Shown: positions 8,899-19,077, numbered from the stretch's first letter. The stretch: DNA of 64,000 bases from Bacillus sp. (in: firmicutes) (GCA_047718615.1 JBDNRM010000001.1:23093-87092), one strand, 5' to 3'. A program made the numbers and translations. Notes: generated from the letters alone by a model not told the origin.

Positions 8899-9470
8899 AA
8901 AATTTAGAAACAGTGTTAGAAGAATTAGAAGTATTGGAGCAAGTGGAGGAACAAAAGAATTTCATCGTTAACAACTTGGATTCTGCAACAGAAGCAAGCA
9001 GACGCATCGCTTATTTCGAAGAAAAGAAACAGGAGATCGACGCAATCATCGAAAACCAAGTTGCTCCTTTTCTTGCAAAAATCGAAAAAATCAAAGAGTG
9101 GGGGGAGGAAGCCAAGAAAGAGTTTATTGATAAGCAATCGTATTACACCACTACATTAGAAGTGTATTTACGTGAAGAAGTTGCTCAACAAGAAGAAGCT
9201 GGTAAGAAAGCGAAGAAATCAATCAAACTCCCTTATGGAAAAATCTCATTAAAGAAACAGCAGCCGGAGTTTAAAAAGGATGAAGATACATTACTGGAGT
9301 TCGCTATCAGTCAAGGATATGCAAAAAACAAATGGTCAACAGAATGGGCAGAGTTGAAGAAACAATGTGTTGTCCATGAAGGTAAATTGGTGTTCAAAGA
9401 TACTGGAGAATTTGTTCCTGGTGTAGAAGTTGTGGAGAAAGATGAAAAATTCGAGTTCAAACTAACATAA
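8895..9470 (+). CDS. Mu Gam-like host-nuclease inhibitor
   Basis: Coiled-coil N-terminus then KSIKLPYGKISLKKQQPEF; adjacent to ERF. Confidence 0.75.
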   Translation: MKNLETVLEELEVLEQVEEQKNFIVNNLDSATEASRRIAYFEEKKQEIDAIIENQVAPFLAKIEKIKEWGEEAKKEFIDKQSYYTTTLEVYLREEVAQQEEAGKKAKKSIKLPYGKISLKKQQPEFKKDEDTLLEFAISQGYAKNKWSTEWAELKKQCVVHEGKLVFKDTGEFVPGVEVVEKDEKFEFKLT

Positions 9471-9537
9471 GGCAAATAAGTACGCCAACTTATTTGCCCC
9501 ATTGGAAAATATGTCACGGTAATTATAACACAAGGAG

Positions 9538-10224
9538 ATGGATAGTGTGTCTGAAACTAATAAATCTTTAGTAAAAAAATTATCCGAAGTAATGCGCCAA
9601 GTTAAATACATCGAGAAAAAGGGTTTTAATAAATTCCATAAATATAAATATGCTACTGAATCCGATGTTGCGGAAAAGGTTCGTGAAGTCCTTGCTGATC
9701 AAAACGTCATGATGGTACCTAATTTACTGAATCATACTACCAGAGAACATACAACAGCTGCAGGGAAAACGGAATACATTGTATCAGTTGATATGGAGTT
9801 TAATTTCTATGATGGAGATAGCGGGGAACATATTGCATTTCGTATGAGTGGAGACGGTCAGGATGCTGGAGACAAAGCAATTTACAAAGCCATTACAGGT
9901 GCTCAAAAGTATGCCCTTATGAAAGTATTTATGATTCCAACTGGAGACGATCCAGAAGCTGATAGCGGCACTGACGATAAAAATGAATCTCCTAATTCAA
10001 ACAATAATCAATCACCTAGCAAAAATGCTCCTATGGCTTCTGATAAGCAATTGAATTTCGTTAATAAGCTTCTAAAAGATGTTTCAACTGCCAAAAACAT
10101 TACAGAAGATGAAGCTTATAAAACGCTGAAAAAACATATGAAAAAAGATATGGAATGGTTTACTGCCGATGATGCCAGCGACGCAATACAACTTCTATCT
10201 AATTCATTAAAAAAAGGAGCTTAA
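9538..10224 (+). CDS. ERF family single-strand annealing protein
   Basis: KKGFNKFHKYKYATESDV and GQDAGDKAIYKAITGAQKYALMKVFMIPTGDDPE motifs. Confidence 0.9.
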   Translation: MDSVSETNKSLVKKLSEVMRQVKYIEKKGFNKFHKYKYATESDVAEKVREVLADQNVMMVPNLLNHTTREHTTAAGKTEYIVSVDMEFNFYDGDSGEHIAFRMSGDGQDAGDKAIYKAITGAQKYALMKVFMIPTGDDPEADSGTDDKNESPNSNNNQSPSKNAPMASDKQLNFVNKLLKDVSTAKNITEDEAYKTLKKHMKKDMEWFTADDASDAIQLLSNSLKKGA

Positions 10225-10609
10225 TTGCTCCTTTGACAACTATGGAGACAAAGGAAGGTGAGAAATTGATTAAATTCATTAAACGACTTATCTGTAAGTA
10301 CAGAGGTCATGATTGGGAGACTTATACCATTAGTACAGGTTATTGGAGTAACGATATTGAACAATCAGGATACTGCAAACGTTGTAAATTGGATACTCAT
10401 GGCGAGTATGAGTAATGTCGCCATACGATCATTAAACGAAACAGGAGTGGTTGCATGGAAGCTGTCAAATACAAGCAGCCAGAAGCTACATACATCGAAG
10501 AACAGGAAGAATGTATCTTATTGGAGGATAAACATTGGATATGGCCCGTAATCTTTTGGGCTGTATTCCTTATCATAACGATTCTAATGGGGATGGGGGT
10601 TGTTGAAGG

Positions 10610-10906
10610 ATGAAAAAAGGCGATTCTGTTACTGATTTTAACGGTCATTCCTATTTTATACACGATATTAATGGCCCTTTAGTAAAAATAGCTCATTACT
10701 TCAAATACAAAGTAAAAGGCATCTATGAATTTAAAATTGATTTGGCCTATAGAATGGATTTAATCCAAGCAGATTTGGAAGGATACAGCGAGGAAGAGAT
10801 CAATTTCCTTATCAATCTAGCATTAGATACAAACGATAAGGAATGGTTCCAGGAGCTTATGAGAAAGCGAGAATCATTGAAAGGTAAGGAAATAATGAAT
10901 GAGTAA
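10610..10906 (+). CDS. IDEAL-domain protein
   Basis: C-terminal INLALDTNDKEWFQEL. Confidence 0.7.
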   Translation: MKKGDSVTDFNGHSYFIHDINGPLVKIAHYFKYKVKGIYEFKIDLAYRMDLIQADLEGYSEEEINFLINLALDTNDKEWFQELMRKRESLKGKEIMNE

Positions 10907-11276
10907 TCAAATCATAGTAATCTGTCCATATTGTAACACTCCGAGTATTTTTATGAGCAGCAAAGAATTTTATGCAAACGATTATAAAACTAATTTATAC
11001 GTATGCAGTCCATGTGATGCTTATGTCGGAACACATGGAAACACCAGACAACCATTAGGAACCTTGGCTAATAGGAATCTCCGTGAAATGAGAAAAAGAG
11101 CTCATTCTTTATTTGATCCATTATGGAAAAAGAGAAAAATGAGTCGTTCAGCAGCCTATAGTTGGATGCAACAAGTAATGGATTTACCACCTGAGAAAGC
11201 ACATATAGGTATGTTTAACATAGAGCAATGCGAGAAGTTAATAAGCCTTGTGAAGCAATATAGAAATATCAAGTAA
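10899..11276 (+). CDS. DUF3268-like zinc-finger protein
   Basis: CPYC...CSPCDAYVGTH...PLGTLAN...RKRAH..FDPLW. Confidence 0.75.
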   Translation: MSNQIIVICPYCNTPSIFMSSKEFYANDYKTNLYVCSPCDAYVGTHGNTRQPLGTLANRNLREMRKRAHSLFDPLWKKRKMSRSAAYSWMQQVMDLPPEKAHIGMFNIEQCEKLISLVKQYRNIK

Positions 11277-11317
11277 TCAAAATTTGTATTGCGTTTCATT
11301 AAAAAGGGGGATTTAAA

Positions 11318-11980
11318 GTGATTAATAAAAATCTGGAATTTGAATTTGTCCATAAAGATTTATATGGAGTAGCGATAGAAGTAGTTAAAAAATTTGTTGG
11401 AGATGGTCTTTCTCGTCCTATTCTTAGCTATGCATTACACACCAAAGAAGGCGATATATTAGCAACAAATTCACACAAAGCAATTCATATTAGGGAGATA
11501 CATGGATTTAATGAAGATTACCTAGTAAACCCTAAAAATTACATGTTTGCAAAAGGAACTTATCCGGATCTCTACAATGTAATTGGAAGTGATTCACATA
11601 AAAAATCAATTACATTAAATAAAGAACAAATAAAATTATGGCTCCAACTTTTTAAGTCTATTAACAATACTCTAAAAATGATGAAAAGCAATATTATAAA
11701 CAAAGCTGTAAAAATGAGTTTTTTAGAAAACTCTGTGACTATTGAAGTCATGGTTGATTCGGAAAACAGCTTTAAAACGATATTGCCGACTACAGAATTA
11801 GTTAAACCTGATTTCGATAAGATTACCTTTTCAGTTGAGATGATGAGGGATGCACTAGAGGCGCATTTTAAGTTAAACTCCGAGCTGATTAATATATATT
11901 TCCATGGTCAAATGAGACCAATAATCATGAATGATGAATCTATTGTTAAGACAATAATTTTGCCAGTAAGAACTTATTAA
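11318..11980 (+). CDS. DNA polymerase III beta-clamp-like protein (220 aa)
   Basis: SRPILSY, ATNSHK and RPII...IILPVRTY resemble DnaN motifs. Confidence 0.6.
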   Translation: MINKNLEFEFVHKDLYGVAIEVVKKFVGDGLSRPILSYALHTKEGDILATNSHKAIHIREIHGFNEDYLVNPKNYMFAKGTYPDLYNVIGSDSHKKSITLNKEQIKLWLQLFKSINNTLKMMKSNIINKAVKMSFLENSVTIEVMVDSENSFKTILPTTELVKPDFDKITFSVEMMRDALEAHFKLNSELINIYFHGQMRPIIMNDESIVKTIILPVRTY

Positions 11981-12019
11981 CACAAGAATTATTAAGTTTC
12001 ATAGAAAGGAGGGAAAGAC

Positions 12020-12475
12020 TTGCAACGTATTTTAGATGCATGCTGCGGCAGTCGGATGTTCTGGTTCGACAAGCAGCATGAAGATGTTGTGTACATGGAT
12101 AATCGCCAATTAAGCGACACGTTATGTGATGGAAGACAGTTAATTGTAGCGCCAGATATAATTGCAGATTTTAGAAATATGCCATTTGAAGATAACTCCT
12201 TTTATCTCGTCGTATTCGATCCACCACATTTATTAAAGGCTGGCGAAGATTCTTGGTTGGCCAAAAAGTACGGAAAACTTGGCCAAGATTGGCAGAGAGA
12301 TATTGCAGCTGGATTTAATGAATGCATGCGAGTGCTTAAACCGAATGGAACACTTATTTTTAAGTGGAATGAGGATCAAATAAGATTACCAGCAATCCTT
12401 AAAGCTATTGATGCAAAACCGTTGTTTGGAAATCGCAGAAGCAAAACGCATTGGCTAGTATTTATGAAAAATTAA
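12020..12475 (+). CDS. Orphan SAM-dependent (probably DNA amino-) methyltransferase
   Basis: ILDACCGSRMFW motif I and VVFDPPH catalytic motif. Confidence 0.85.
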   Translation: MQRILDACCGSRMFWFDKQHEDVVYMDNRQLSDTLCDGRQLIVAPDIIADFRNMPFEDNSFYLVVFDPPHLLKAGEDSWLAKKYGKLGQDWQRDIAAGFNECMRVLKPNGTLIFKWNEDQIRLPAILKAIDAKPLFGNRRSKTHWLVFMKN

Positions 12476-12786
12476 GTTTCATAGGCGGTGAACAAATGTA
12501 TAACAGCCAGGTACACCTATTCGCACCGACATTGGAGCAACTGATTGAAGAACTGATCAGTGAGCGAGTCGAAAAGTATTTCATCGAAAGAACAATCAAG
12601 CTCGGAGATACACCTTTCCATTACTGCAAAGTGCTTACGAAAAACCATGTGTATGACGTATCAGTAACAGAAGGTTATGAGCATGAATCGGAAGTTAACC
12701 ACGTTGTTAGTAGAAAAAATTTGAGTAAAAGGTTTATAAAAGGATATTTCAACGATTGGAAACTAAAGAGTAAAGGAGTCAACTAA
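12451..12786 (+). CDS. Hypothetical protein (likely start ATG 12496)
   Basis: GGCGGTG RBS before MYNSQV. Confidence 0.6.
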   Translation: MASIYEKLSFIGGEQMYNSQVHLFAPTLEQLIEELISERVEKYFIERTIKLGDTPFHYCKVLTKNHVYDVSVTEGYEHESEVNHVVSRKNLSKRFIKGYFNDWKLKSKGVN

Positions 12787-13166
12787 AGAGGTGAGTAAGA
12801 CAATAATCAAGGATTTACGTCGTATTGAATTTTTTACAAGAAAATCAAAGGAGCTGGAGGCGATCCATCCATCCAAGATGGACGCTCGCTGGCGCAGGCG
12901 CTGTATCCGGTTGATGAATTATAAGGCTGCTATGCATAAGTGGATTAAGTGATAGTAGACAACTTATATAAGGAGTTGGAGTAATGAAATGTTATTACTG
13001 CCATCAAGTATGTGAAGGTTTAGTTTTTGAGCAGGGGAATTTTTCTATTGTTGCTCATAGAGATTGCGCAGTTAAGAAGCTAGAAAAAGATTGCGATTTA
13101 ATTATACGAAGTAAATAGATAGTGCGTAGTAGATAACTATTATGCGTTGGAAAGGGAGAGACGAAT

Positions 13167-13538
13167 ATGAAAACAGAACACGAAATTCAACAAAATAACA
13201 TTACGGAATTGCTAAAATTGATTGACCAGAATCCCGAATTGCCAATTGTGCCTATGGTTGATGGTCAACTTTGCGGTGATGATTGGAGTTACTATATGGG
13301 CAAGTGGGGACAGGCGGAAATTGACGAAGTTTACCAGGGAGATGAACGAGTTTACTTTAAATCTTCCGATGAAGAAGAGTTAATTGGAGAACGTGGAGAG
13401 TTTATTTTTGATAACGAATATCCAAGCCGAAAATCCTTAACTGATGAAGAAGAAAAAATAGTCGAAAAGAAGGCTGAAGAATACGTAGAAAGTCTTCCTT
13501 GGAAAAAAGTCATAGTAGTTTCAATTGAATTACCATAA
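13167..13538 (+). CDS. Hypothetical phage protein
   Basis: AAAGGGAG RBS; early accessory region. Confidence 0.7.
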   Translation: MKTEHEIQQNNITELLKLIDQNPELPIVPMVDGQLCGDDWSYYMGKWGQAEIDEVYQGDERVYFKSSDEEELIGERGEFIFDNEYPSRKSLTDEEEKIVEKKAEEYVESLPWKKVIVVSIELP

Positions 13539-13750
13539 TGGATAGTACGAAACTTATGCGTGACATAAAAGAAGGAGATATTTGTATGGGTTTTATTATC
13601 AAGTGTACTAATTGTGGGCAATTATCAGAATTAGAAGACGGGTTTTTCAAAAAGGCAAATGAAATCCAAGTTTATGATTCTGGTGAATTTTTAGTATCGA
13701 TTAAGTGTACTGGATGTGGGAATGAAGTTGTTAGTAATTATGAAGAATAA
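13538..13750 (+). CDS. Small CxxC-CxxC zinc-ribbon protein
   Basis: CTNCG and CTGCG motifs. Confidence 0.55.
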   Translation: MDSTKLMRDIKEGDICMGFIIKCTNCGQLSELEDGFFKKANEIQVYDSGEFLVSIKCTGCGNEVVSNYEE

Positions 13751-13862
13751 TTTGCATTACGAAAATATGGCCCGAGATTTGTCCGATTCTTGGGCCGAAC
13801 TGGACCGAGAAAACAATTCGTAAACTGGGAAACAAAATGATAGTTCTGTTGATTAAGAAAGG

Positions 13863-14246
13863 GTGGAGAACATGGAGATTACAGTAAATGAACAACCTCA
13901 ACGTTTTTATTTAGCTATTAATAATAAATGGGAGCCTGCAGTTGGTCATGAAATTAAAGTGGGGGAATACAGATTTTGCGCTATACCATTGAGCAATAGG
14001 ATTAACATTTCGGAAGTGACGTCTGGTGCAAGGGTGCTAAATATTCCGATGACTTTAGAAATTACAATGGCAACAGCATCAAAAGAGGGTTCAGTTAAGT
14101 TTTTTTATAAAGTCGGCGAATCGTTAAAGCGAATTATTGGGCGTGCATTTGATTTTAATGAACAACTTGCAAATATGAAGAAAACAGCATTTGAACGTTT
14201 GGGTGAAATGCCACCAATTGAAAATGTTGATGTGGAGGCGATCTGA
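13863..14246 (+). CDS. Hypothetical phage protein
   Basis: ORF in the co-oriented early region. Confidence 0.65.
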   Translation: MENMEITVNEQPQRFYLAINNKWEPAVGHEIKVGEYRFCAIPLSNRINISEVTSGARVLNIPMTLEITMATASKEGSVKFFYKVGESLKRIIGRAFDFNEQLANMKKTAFERLGEMPPIENVDVEAI

Positions 14247-14486
14247 TTGGCTAATAAGGTCCACAAATTAAAGTTATGGCCAGAATACTTTGCTGCTGTT
14301 GCAGATGGTACAAAGCCATTTGAAATCAGAAAAAATGACCGTGATTTTCAAGTAGACGATACATTGTTATTACAAGAATTTTTACCAGAAAGACAAGCGT
14401 TCACTGGTAGGTTCGTATCGAAGAAAATTATCTACATTACAGATTTTGCTCAGCAGGACGGCTATGTTGTTATGGGGATTAAATAA
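14247..14486 (+). CDS. ASCH/DUF3850 domain protein
   Basis: HKLKLWPEYFAAVADGTKPFEIRKNDRDFQVDD. Confidence 0.85.
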   Translation: MANKVHKLKLWPEYFAAVADGTKPFEIRKNDRDFQVDDTLLLQEFLPERQAFTGRFVSKKIIYITDFAQQDGYVVMGIK

Positions 14487-14752
14487 GGGAGGGATCATTA
14501 AGGCCAGGTACAGGGGTTAGAAAAGTTTTACCTATAGTAGGAGACATTCACATAACTGGCATAGTCAATGTAAGTGGATATATGGAGTTCTTAGTATTGC
14601 AGAGTACTAAACTATCGCTGGTACTTAAAATGGCAAATAGCATTGTTCTAGCGGTGGAGGAAGTGTTAAGAGAATGATTGTTTATTCTTGCAAGGAATGT
14701 GATCAAATACAGATTGATTACAAGGTCATACCTAAATTAAAGTGTCCCTGCT

Positions 14753-15049
14753 GTGGCAAATACATGGATGCGGAAGAGGAGGAATAAGGTGAGTTTTATT
14801 TTTGAAAAGCATTATACAGAGAAGTTCGAAGTTACACTTGTATGGAAAAATTTCATGAGTTATAAAGCATTCAGTAGCGTTAGAAAGGATAAACCAAAAT
14901 GCGAATTATGTAATTCTTCATTCAATGAAAGTCATACAGTACATTTAGCTTTTGTTAAAGGAAAGGCTAATAAATTAATTTGTACCAATTGTGCAGATAA
15001 AGCAGTAGCTGGTGGAGCTGAAGAAAGAGTGAGAGAAAAATTTGTTTAA
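14753..15049 (+). CDS. Zinc-finger hypothetical protein (likely start GTG 14789)
   Basis: CELC and CTNC motifs; GAGGAGG RBS. Confidence 0.55.
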   Translation: MANTWMRKRRNKVSFIFEKHYTEKFEVTLVWKNFMSYKAFSSVRKDKPKCELCNSSFNESHTVHLAFVKGKANKLICTNCADKAVAGGAEERVREKFV

Positions 15050-15072
15050 CAAAAAAAGAGGATGCACGAATA

Positions 15073-15288
15073 TTATCCTTGCATCCTCCCCGGATCACGT
15101 TGTTTCTTTTTCTCAACAAGTTCTAAATATCTAAGACCATAACGGACAAGTTCATCAACAGCTATGCTGCGGTTATTCTTTCTTTTGTTAAAACGGTAAT
15201 CTTCTACCAAATTTAATGTATCAGGGTTCCAGGATATAGTAGTAGTCGGTTTAGATGAATCAATTCTTACATGCATATTTGTGTACAC
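15073..15288 (-). CDS. Ribbon-helix-helix-like DNA-binding protein
   Basis: TTTISWNPDTLNLVEDYRF...NRSIAVDELVRYGL pattern. Confidence 0.55.
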   Translation of the reverse strand: MYTNMHVRIDSSKPTTTISWNPDTLNLVEDYRFNKRKNNRSIAVDELVRYGLRYLELVEKKKQRDPGRMQG

Positions 15289-15342
15289 TCCTTTTATTTT
15301 GGATTTACGTAATACGGTAATAAGTTATTGCAATGGTTTTGT

Positions 15343-15585
15343 TTAATCGGTTTCATCTACTAGAACGAAAAGATCACCAATATCACATTCAAGAATTTCG
15401 CAAATGGCAGCAATTGTATCGTAATGGATTTGGTTATTATCGTTCTTGTGTAATCGATCTAAAGTTTTTCGTGCAGTAGGGTGGCCGGCGTTTTTTAACA
15501 TACGTTCTAGCTCAGCGATAGAGCGAATTTCCCTTTCTGCCATCAAAATAGCTAATCTATTTTTTACTTTCATGATATATAACAT
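15343..15585 (-). CDS. Cro/C1-type HTH regulator (HTH_26-like)
   Basis: VKNRLAILMAER...DTIAAICEILECDIGDLF. Confidence 0.8.
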   Translation of the reverse strand: MLYIMKVKNRLAILMAEREIRSIAELERMLKNAGHPTARKTLDRLHKNDNNQIHYDTIAAICEILECDIGDLFVLVDETD

Positions 15586-15720
15586 CCTTTCACTTTTTTA
15601 TACTTTGTTATTATATATACTTAACAATATACTAAAAAGTTTCATTTTATGTCAATTAAATTTTACCAAATTATGAAGATATGATAGGATGTGTTAATTT
15701 TTGCTTGTCAAAATTGGTAA

Positions 15721-15755
15721 GAAGTTATAATATTATTATATGAAGTTATAATATT
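15721..15755 (+). promoter_or_regulatory. Tandem 14-bp operator-like repeats between divergent HTH genes
   Basis: GAAGTTATAATATT at 15721-15734 and 15742-15755 (21-bp period), each containing TATAAT. Confidence 0.65.
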
Positions 15756-15777
15756 TGCCTTCGGGGGAGGTGATTCG

Positions 15778-15996
15778 ATGAAGGTGAAACATCAATTAAA
15801 AGTTCTTATGGCGAAGCACAACATCAATTCGGTAAAGGAATTAAGCAGGCAAACAGGGATATTTTATGGAACCTTACTTAACTTCTATCATCAACGCTAC
15901 GAAGCTTTTAATGCACCGTTGATTGCTACATTATGTGAGTTTTTCGGATGCAGGATTCAAGATTTACTTGTTTTAGAAAAAGAAAAAGTTTCTTAA
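15778..15996 (+). CDS. Cro/C1-type HTH regulator (HTH_26-like)
   Basis: LKVLMAKHNINSVKELSRQTGI...IATLCEFFGCRIQDLL; paralogous to 15343..15585. Confidence 0.8.
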   Translation: MKVKHQLKVLMAKHNINSVKELSRQTGIFYGTLLNFYHQRYEAFNAPLIATLCEFFGCRIQDLLVLEKEKVS

Positions 15997-16083
15997 AAGG
16001 AGATGATATTGCGAAAGGTTTGGTGGAAGTTCACTTCAAGAACCTTTACATTAGTGTTATCAAAATGAATTGGAGGAAAGTGA

Positions 16084-16818
16084 ATGGATCAATTGCAAAA
16101 GGTTTTCAATTATGGACAAAGTCTTATTCGTACAGTCATAAAGGATAATGAGGTCTGGTTTGTTGCAAAGGATATTTGTGAAGTATTAGAAATTAATAAT
16201 CCCAGTCAAGCTCTTTCAAGGTTAGATGAGGATGAAAAGAATACCATCATTTTAAATGAGGGTATTGGTAACCCAGAAAAATCTATAGTTAATGAATCTG
16301 GATTATATAGTCTAATACTTGGAAGTCGAAAAACTGAAGCGAAAGTCTTTAAGAGATGGGTAACTCATGATGTTCTTCCTACAATACGAAAGACTGGTGG
16401 TTATGTAGCAAATGATGATTTATTCGTGGATACTTATCTAAAACATGCGGATGAATCCACAAAACTTTTATTTAAAGTTACTCTTGAAACTGTCAGAAAA
16501 CAAAATGAAGAAATAGCTGTTATGTCACCAAAAGCAGAATATTTCGATGCTCTTGTTGATCGCAATCTTTTAACTAACTTTAGAGATACTGCTAAAGAAC
16601 TACATGTAAAACAAGGTTTTTTTATAAATTGGCTTCTTGATAATAAGTATGTTTATCGAGATCAAAGAAAGAAATTAAAACCATATATGCAATATGTTCC
16701 AAATCTCTTTGAATTAAAAGATTGGGAGAAAAACGGAAAAGCGGATGCACAAACACTTATTACTCCTAAAGGGAAAGAAACATTTCGTTTGCTACTCCAA
16801 GAAAAGAAAAAAGCCTAA
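16084..16818 (+). CDS. BRO-N / ANT(KilAC) antirepressor
   Basis: FNYGQSLIRTV...WFVAKDIC...NESGLYSLIL.SRK.EAK.FKRWVT..VLP.IRKTGGY; PKAEYFDALVD...FRDTAK. Confidence 0.9.
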   Translation: MDQLQKVFNYGQSLIRTVIKDNEVWFVAKDICEVLEINNPSQALSRLDEDEKNTIILNEGIGNPEKSIVNESGLYSLILGSRKTEAKVFKRWVTHDVLPTIRKTGGYVANDDLFVDTYLKHADESTKLLFKVTLETVRKQNEEIAVMSPKAEYFDALVDRNLLTNFRDTAKELHVKQGFFINWLLDNKYVYRDQRKKLKPYMQYVPNLFELKDWEKNGKADAQTLITPKGKETFRLLLQEKKKA

Positions 16819-16947
16819 CGTTGGCAGACGTTAGACAAGTATTTCGATCAGTTTATAAATATTATGCTCTTGTAGCCCATTATATACCAAAAATACCTTG
16901 TTGGCTACAGGAGCGTACGTTCTAAATAACACATAGAAGGTGGTTTT

Positions 16948-17679
16948 ATGGCTAGGCCTCAAAAAGAAGGATTAGACTACTTTCCTTTGGATGTTGATAT
17001 AGATCAAGACGATAAGGTTGCATTAATAGAGGCGCAGCACGGAGTTACTGGCTTTGCCATTGTAATCAAACTTCTTATGAAAATATATAAGAATGGCTAT
17101 TATTACAACTGGACTGAAAAGGAACAATTACTCTTTTCTAGGTCTATTAATGTAGACATTAACTCGATTAATGATGTCATAAACGATTGCTTAAAGTGGG
17201 AATTGTTTTCTAAAACTGTTTTTGAAAAACAAGCTATCCTTACATCTAAAGGCATTCAGCTTAGATATTTAGAGGCTGTTTCTAGGAGGCAGGAAGTGAA
17301 AATACCAAAAAGTCACTTACTTATTTGTGGTGATAAGGTTAATGACTACAAAAACTTAGTTATTGATAACATTAACGATGAAAATGACGACATTAATCCC
17401 CAAAGTAAAGTAAAGAAAAGAATAGTAAAGAAGAGAAAAGAAGAGAAACATAAATATGCTGAATTTGTCTCGATGCTTCCTTCAGAACATAAAAAACTTT
17501 TAGATCAATTCGGACAAGCAGGGACTGATGATCGAATTGAACGTCTGAATCTTTACAAAGGATCAACAGGCAAAAAGTATAAGAGTGATTACTTAACTAT
17601 CTTGAATTGGGAACGGAAGAATTCTAACGACAAGGGAGGAAGTAAGGTTGAAACCGATCAATACTCTAATCTCTTCTAA
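16948..17679 (+). CDS. Replication initiator, DUF4373 family
   Basis: MARPQKEGLDYFPLDVD...LTSKGIQLRY; directly upstream of the helicase loader. Confidence 0.85.
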   Translation: MARPQKEGLDYFPLDVDIDQDDKVALIEAQHGVTGFAIVIKLLMKIYKNGYYYNWTEKEQLLFSRSINVDINSINDVINDCLKWELFSKTVFEKQAILTSKGIQLRYLEAVSRRQEVKIPKSHLLICGDKVNDYKNLVIDNINDENDDINPQSKVKKRIVKKRKEEKHKYAEFVSMLPSEHKKLLDQFGQAGTDDRIERLNLYKGSTGKKYKSDYLTILNWERKNSNDKGGSKVETDQYSNLF

Positions 17680-18433
17680 GATTCAATTTGCAGGAGAGAG
17701 AACGTGTGAAATCTGTGGCTGTATAGTGCCTATCATCATTCGTGCAGGAAAAGAATATAGCCATTGTCTGGCTTGTGATAATAAGGTTTTAGAAAAAGAA
17801 ATGGAGGATTTCCGCAAGAAGTCAGAAGCGGAAGCCTTCTTCTGGAATAACAGCCTGGTACCAAGTGATACGGAAAAGGCAGTATTTGATAATTACGAAC
17901 CTAAGAACCAAACACAAGAGGATGCCTATTTTAAAGCGAAATGGTATGCGGAGCACTTTCATAAGCTGATTGCCGAAAAAGGCTTTAATTCACTCTTATT
18001 TCAAGGCTCATACGGTATAGGAAAATCTCATTTATCTCACTCGATAGCAATGCAATTGAAACAAAAACAATGCAAAGTGATCTTCGCAGACGTTCCAATG
18101 CTTATGAAGAAGATACAGAGCACATATGGAAGCTATAAAGATTCACAGATTACTATTTTTGAAAATATAGCAAAGGCTGATTTAGTTATATTAGATGATC
18201 TTGGAGCTGAGTATGTAAAAAGCAAAAATGGTGAAGAGTCATGGGCGGTAGATACGCTCTTCTCCATCATCGGTTCAAGAGTAGAAAAGCCGAACATCTT
18301 CACCACGAATTATGATGCGAACGGATTAATTAACAAATATGGAACTCATGGTGGAAGAATTGTTTCTAGAATGTTTAAAGGCACCAAATCAATCAAAATG
18401 ACTGGTGACGATTATCGGGTGACTGGCTTATGA
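17648..18433 (+). CDS. DnaC/IstB-like helicase loader ATPase
   Basis: N-terminal CxxC; Walker A GSYGIGKS, Walker B LVILDDLG, FTTN. Confidence 0.9.
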   Translation: MKPINTLISSKIQFAGERTCEICGCIVPIIIRAGKEYSHCLACDNKVLEKEMEDFRKKSEAEAFFWNNSLVPSDTEKAVFDNYEPKNQTQEDAYFKAKWYAEHFHKLIAEKGFNSLLFQGSYGIGKSHLSHSIAMQLKQKQCKVIFADVPMLMKKIQSTYGSYKDSQITIFENIAKADLVILDDLGAEYVKSKNGEESWAVDTLFSIIGSRVEKPNIFTTNYDANGLINKYGTHGGRIVSRMFKGTKSIKMTGDDYRVTGL

Positions 18434-18741
18434 TAGCAGCACAAACCGAAGAAGGAAAAGATAAAAGAGCTATTAATCAGATTGAAAAACAATATATGAC
18501 GGAAGAAAGAAAAAAGGTATACATTGCCTTGGAATTAGAGAATTTTATTTGGGATAAAGAAGATGTAAAAGAGCTGGACTTGATGTATAAGAACGGAAAA
18601 AGCGACCTGGAAATAGCAGCATATTTCCAACGTCCTTGGGTTGATATACATGTATTGATATTGGATAGGTTGCTCAAAGGGAAAATCAAAGAAAGAACAA
18701 ACGCAGTCTTGCTAAAGCCGGCAAAGAAAGTGGTGAGCTGA
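18430..18741 (+). CDS. Hypothetical HTH-like phage protein
   Basis: YIALELENFIWD...LEIAAYFQRP...ILDR. Confidence 0.6.
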   Translation: MIAAQTEEGKDKRAINQIEKQYMTEERKKVYIALELENFIWDKEDVKELDLMYKNGKSDLEIAAYFQRPWVDIHVLILDRLLKGKIKERTNAVLLKPAKKVVS

Positions 18742-19077
18742 ATGGATATAAAGGTGCTTAAAAAGATGGATGATCTGCTGGAACAGTGTAAATCCTGCGA
18801 AAAGAGCCAACAGTATTTCACACCGGAATTATGCGAAGGTTGCAACATCTATAAACAGTTACGGGAAATCGGTGATTCTCTTGGGAAAATTGATACAGCT
18901 AAACCAAAACCACTCAAAATAACGATTGAAGAGTTTGTTCAACATCGATATATCGGCAAGTTAAAATACAAAGAAATCGCAAGCTTGTATGGGTTGAACT
19001 ATTTTCAGATTAACGGATTTTATCAACGTCACAAAAAGAAAATAAATAAGTATCTGGAAGAGAAGGGGATTAATTAA
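18742..19077 (+). CDS. Cys-rich / HTH hypothetical protein
   Basis: CKSC...CEGC then a helix-turn-helix-like segment. Confidence 0.55.
   Translation: MDIKVLKKMDDLLEQCKSCEKSQQYFTPELCEGCNIYKQLREIGDSLGKIDTAKPKPLKITIEEFVQHRYIGKLKYKEIASLYGLNYFQINGFYQRHKKKINKYLEEKGIN

Noticed and set aside
17150-17450. Replication origin iterons inside the initiator gene
   Set aside because: ACATTAA-type words recur beside an A/G-rich tract, which is suggestive, but they are too short and irregular to delimit an origin by eye.
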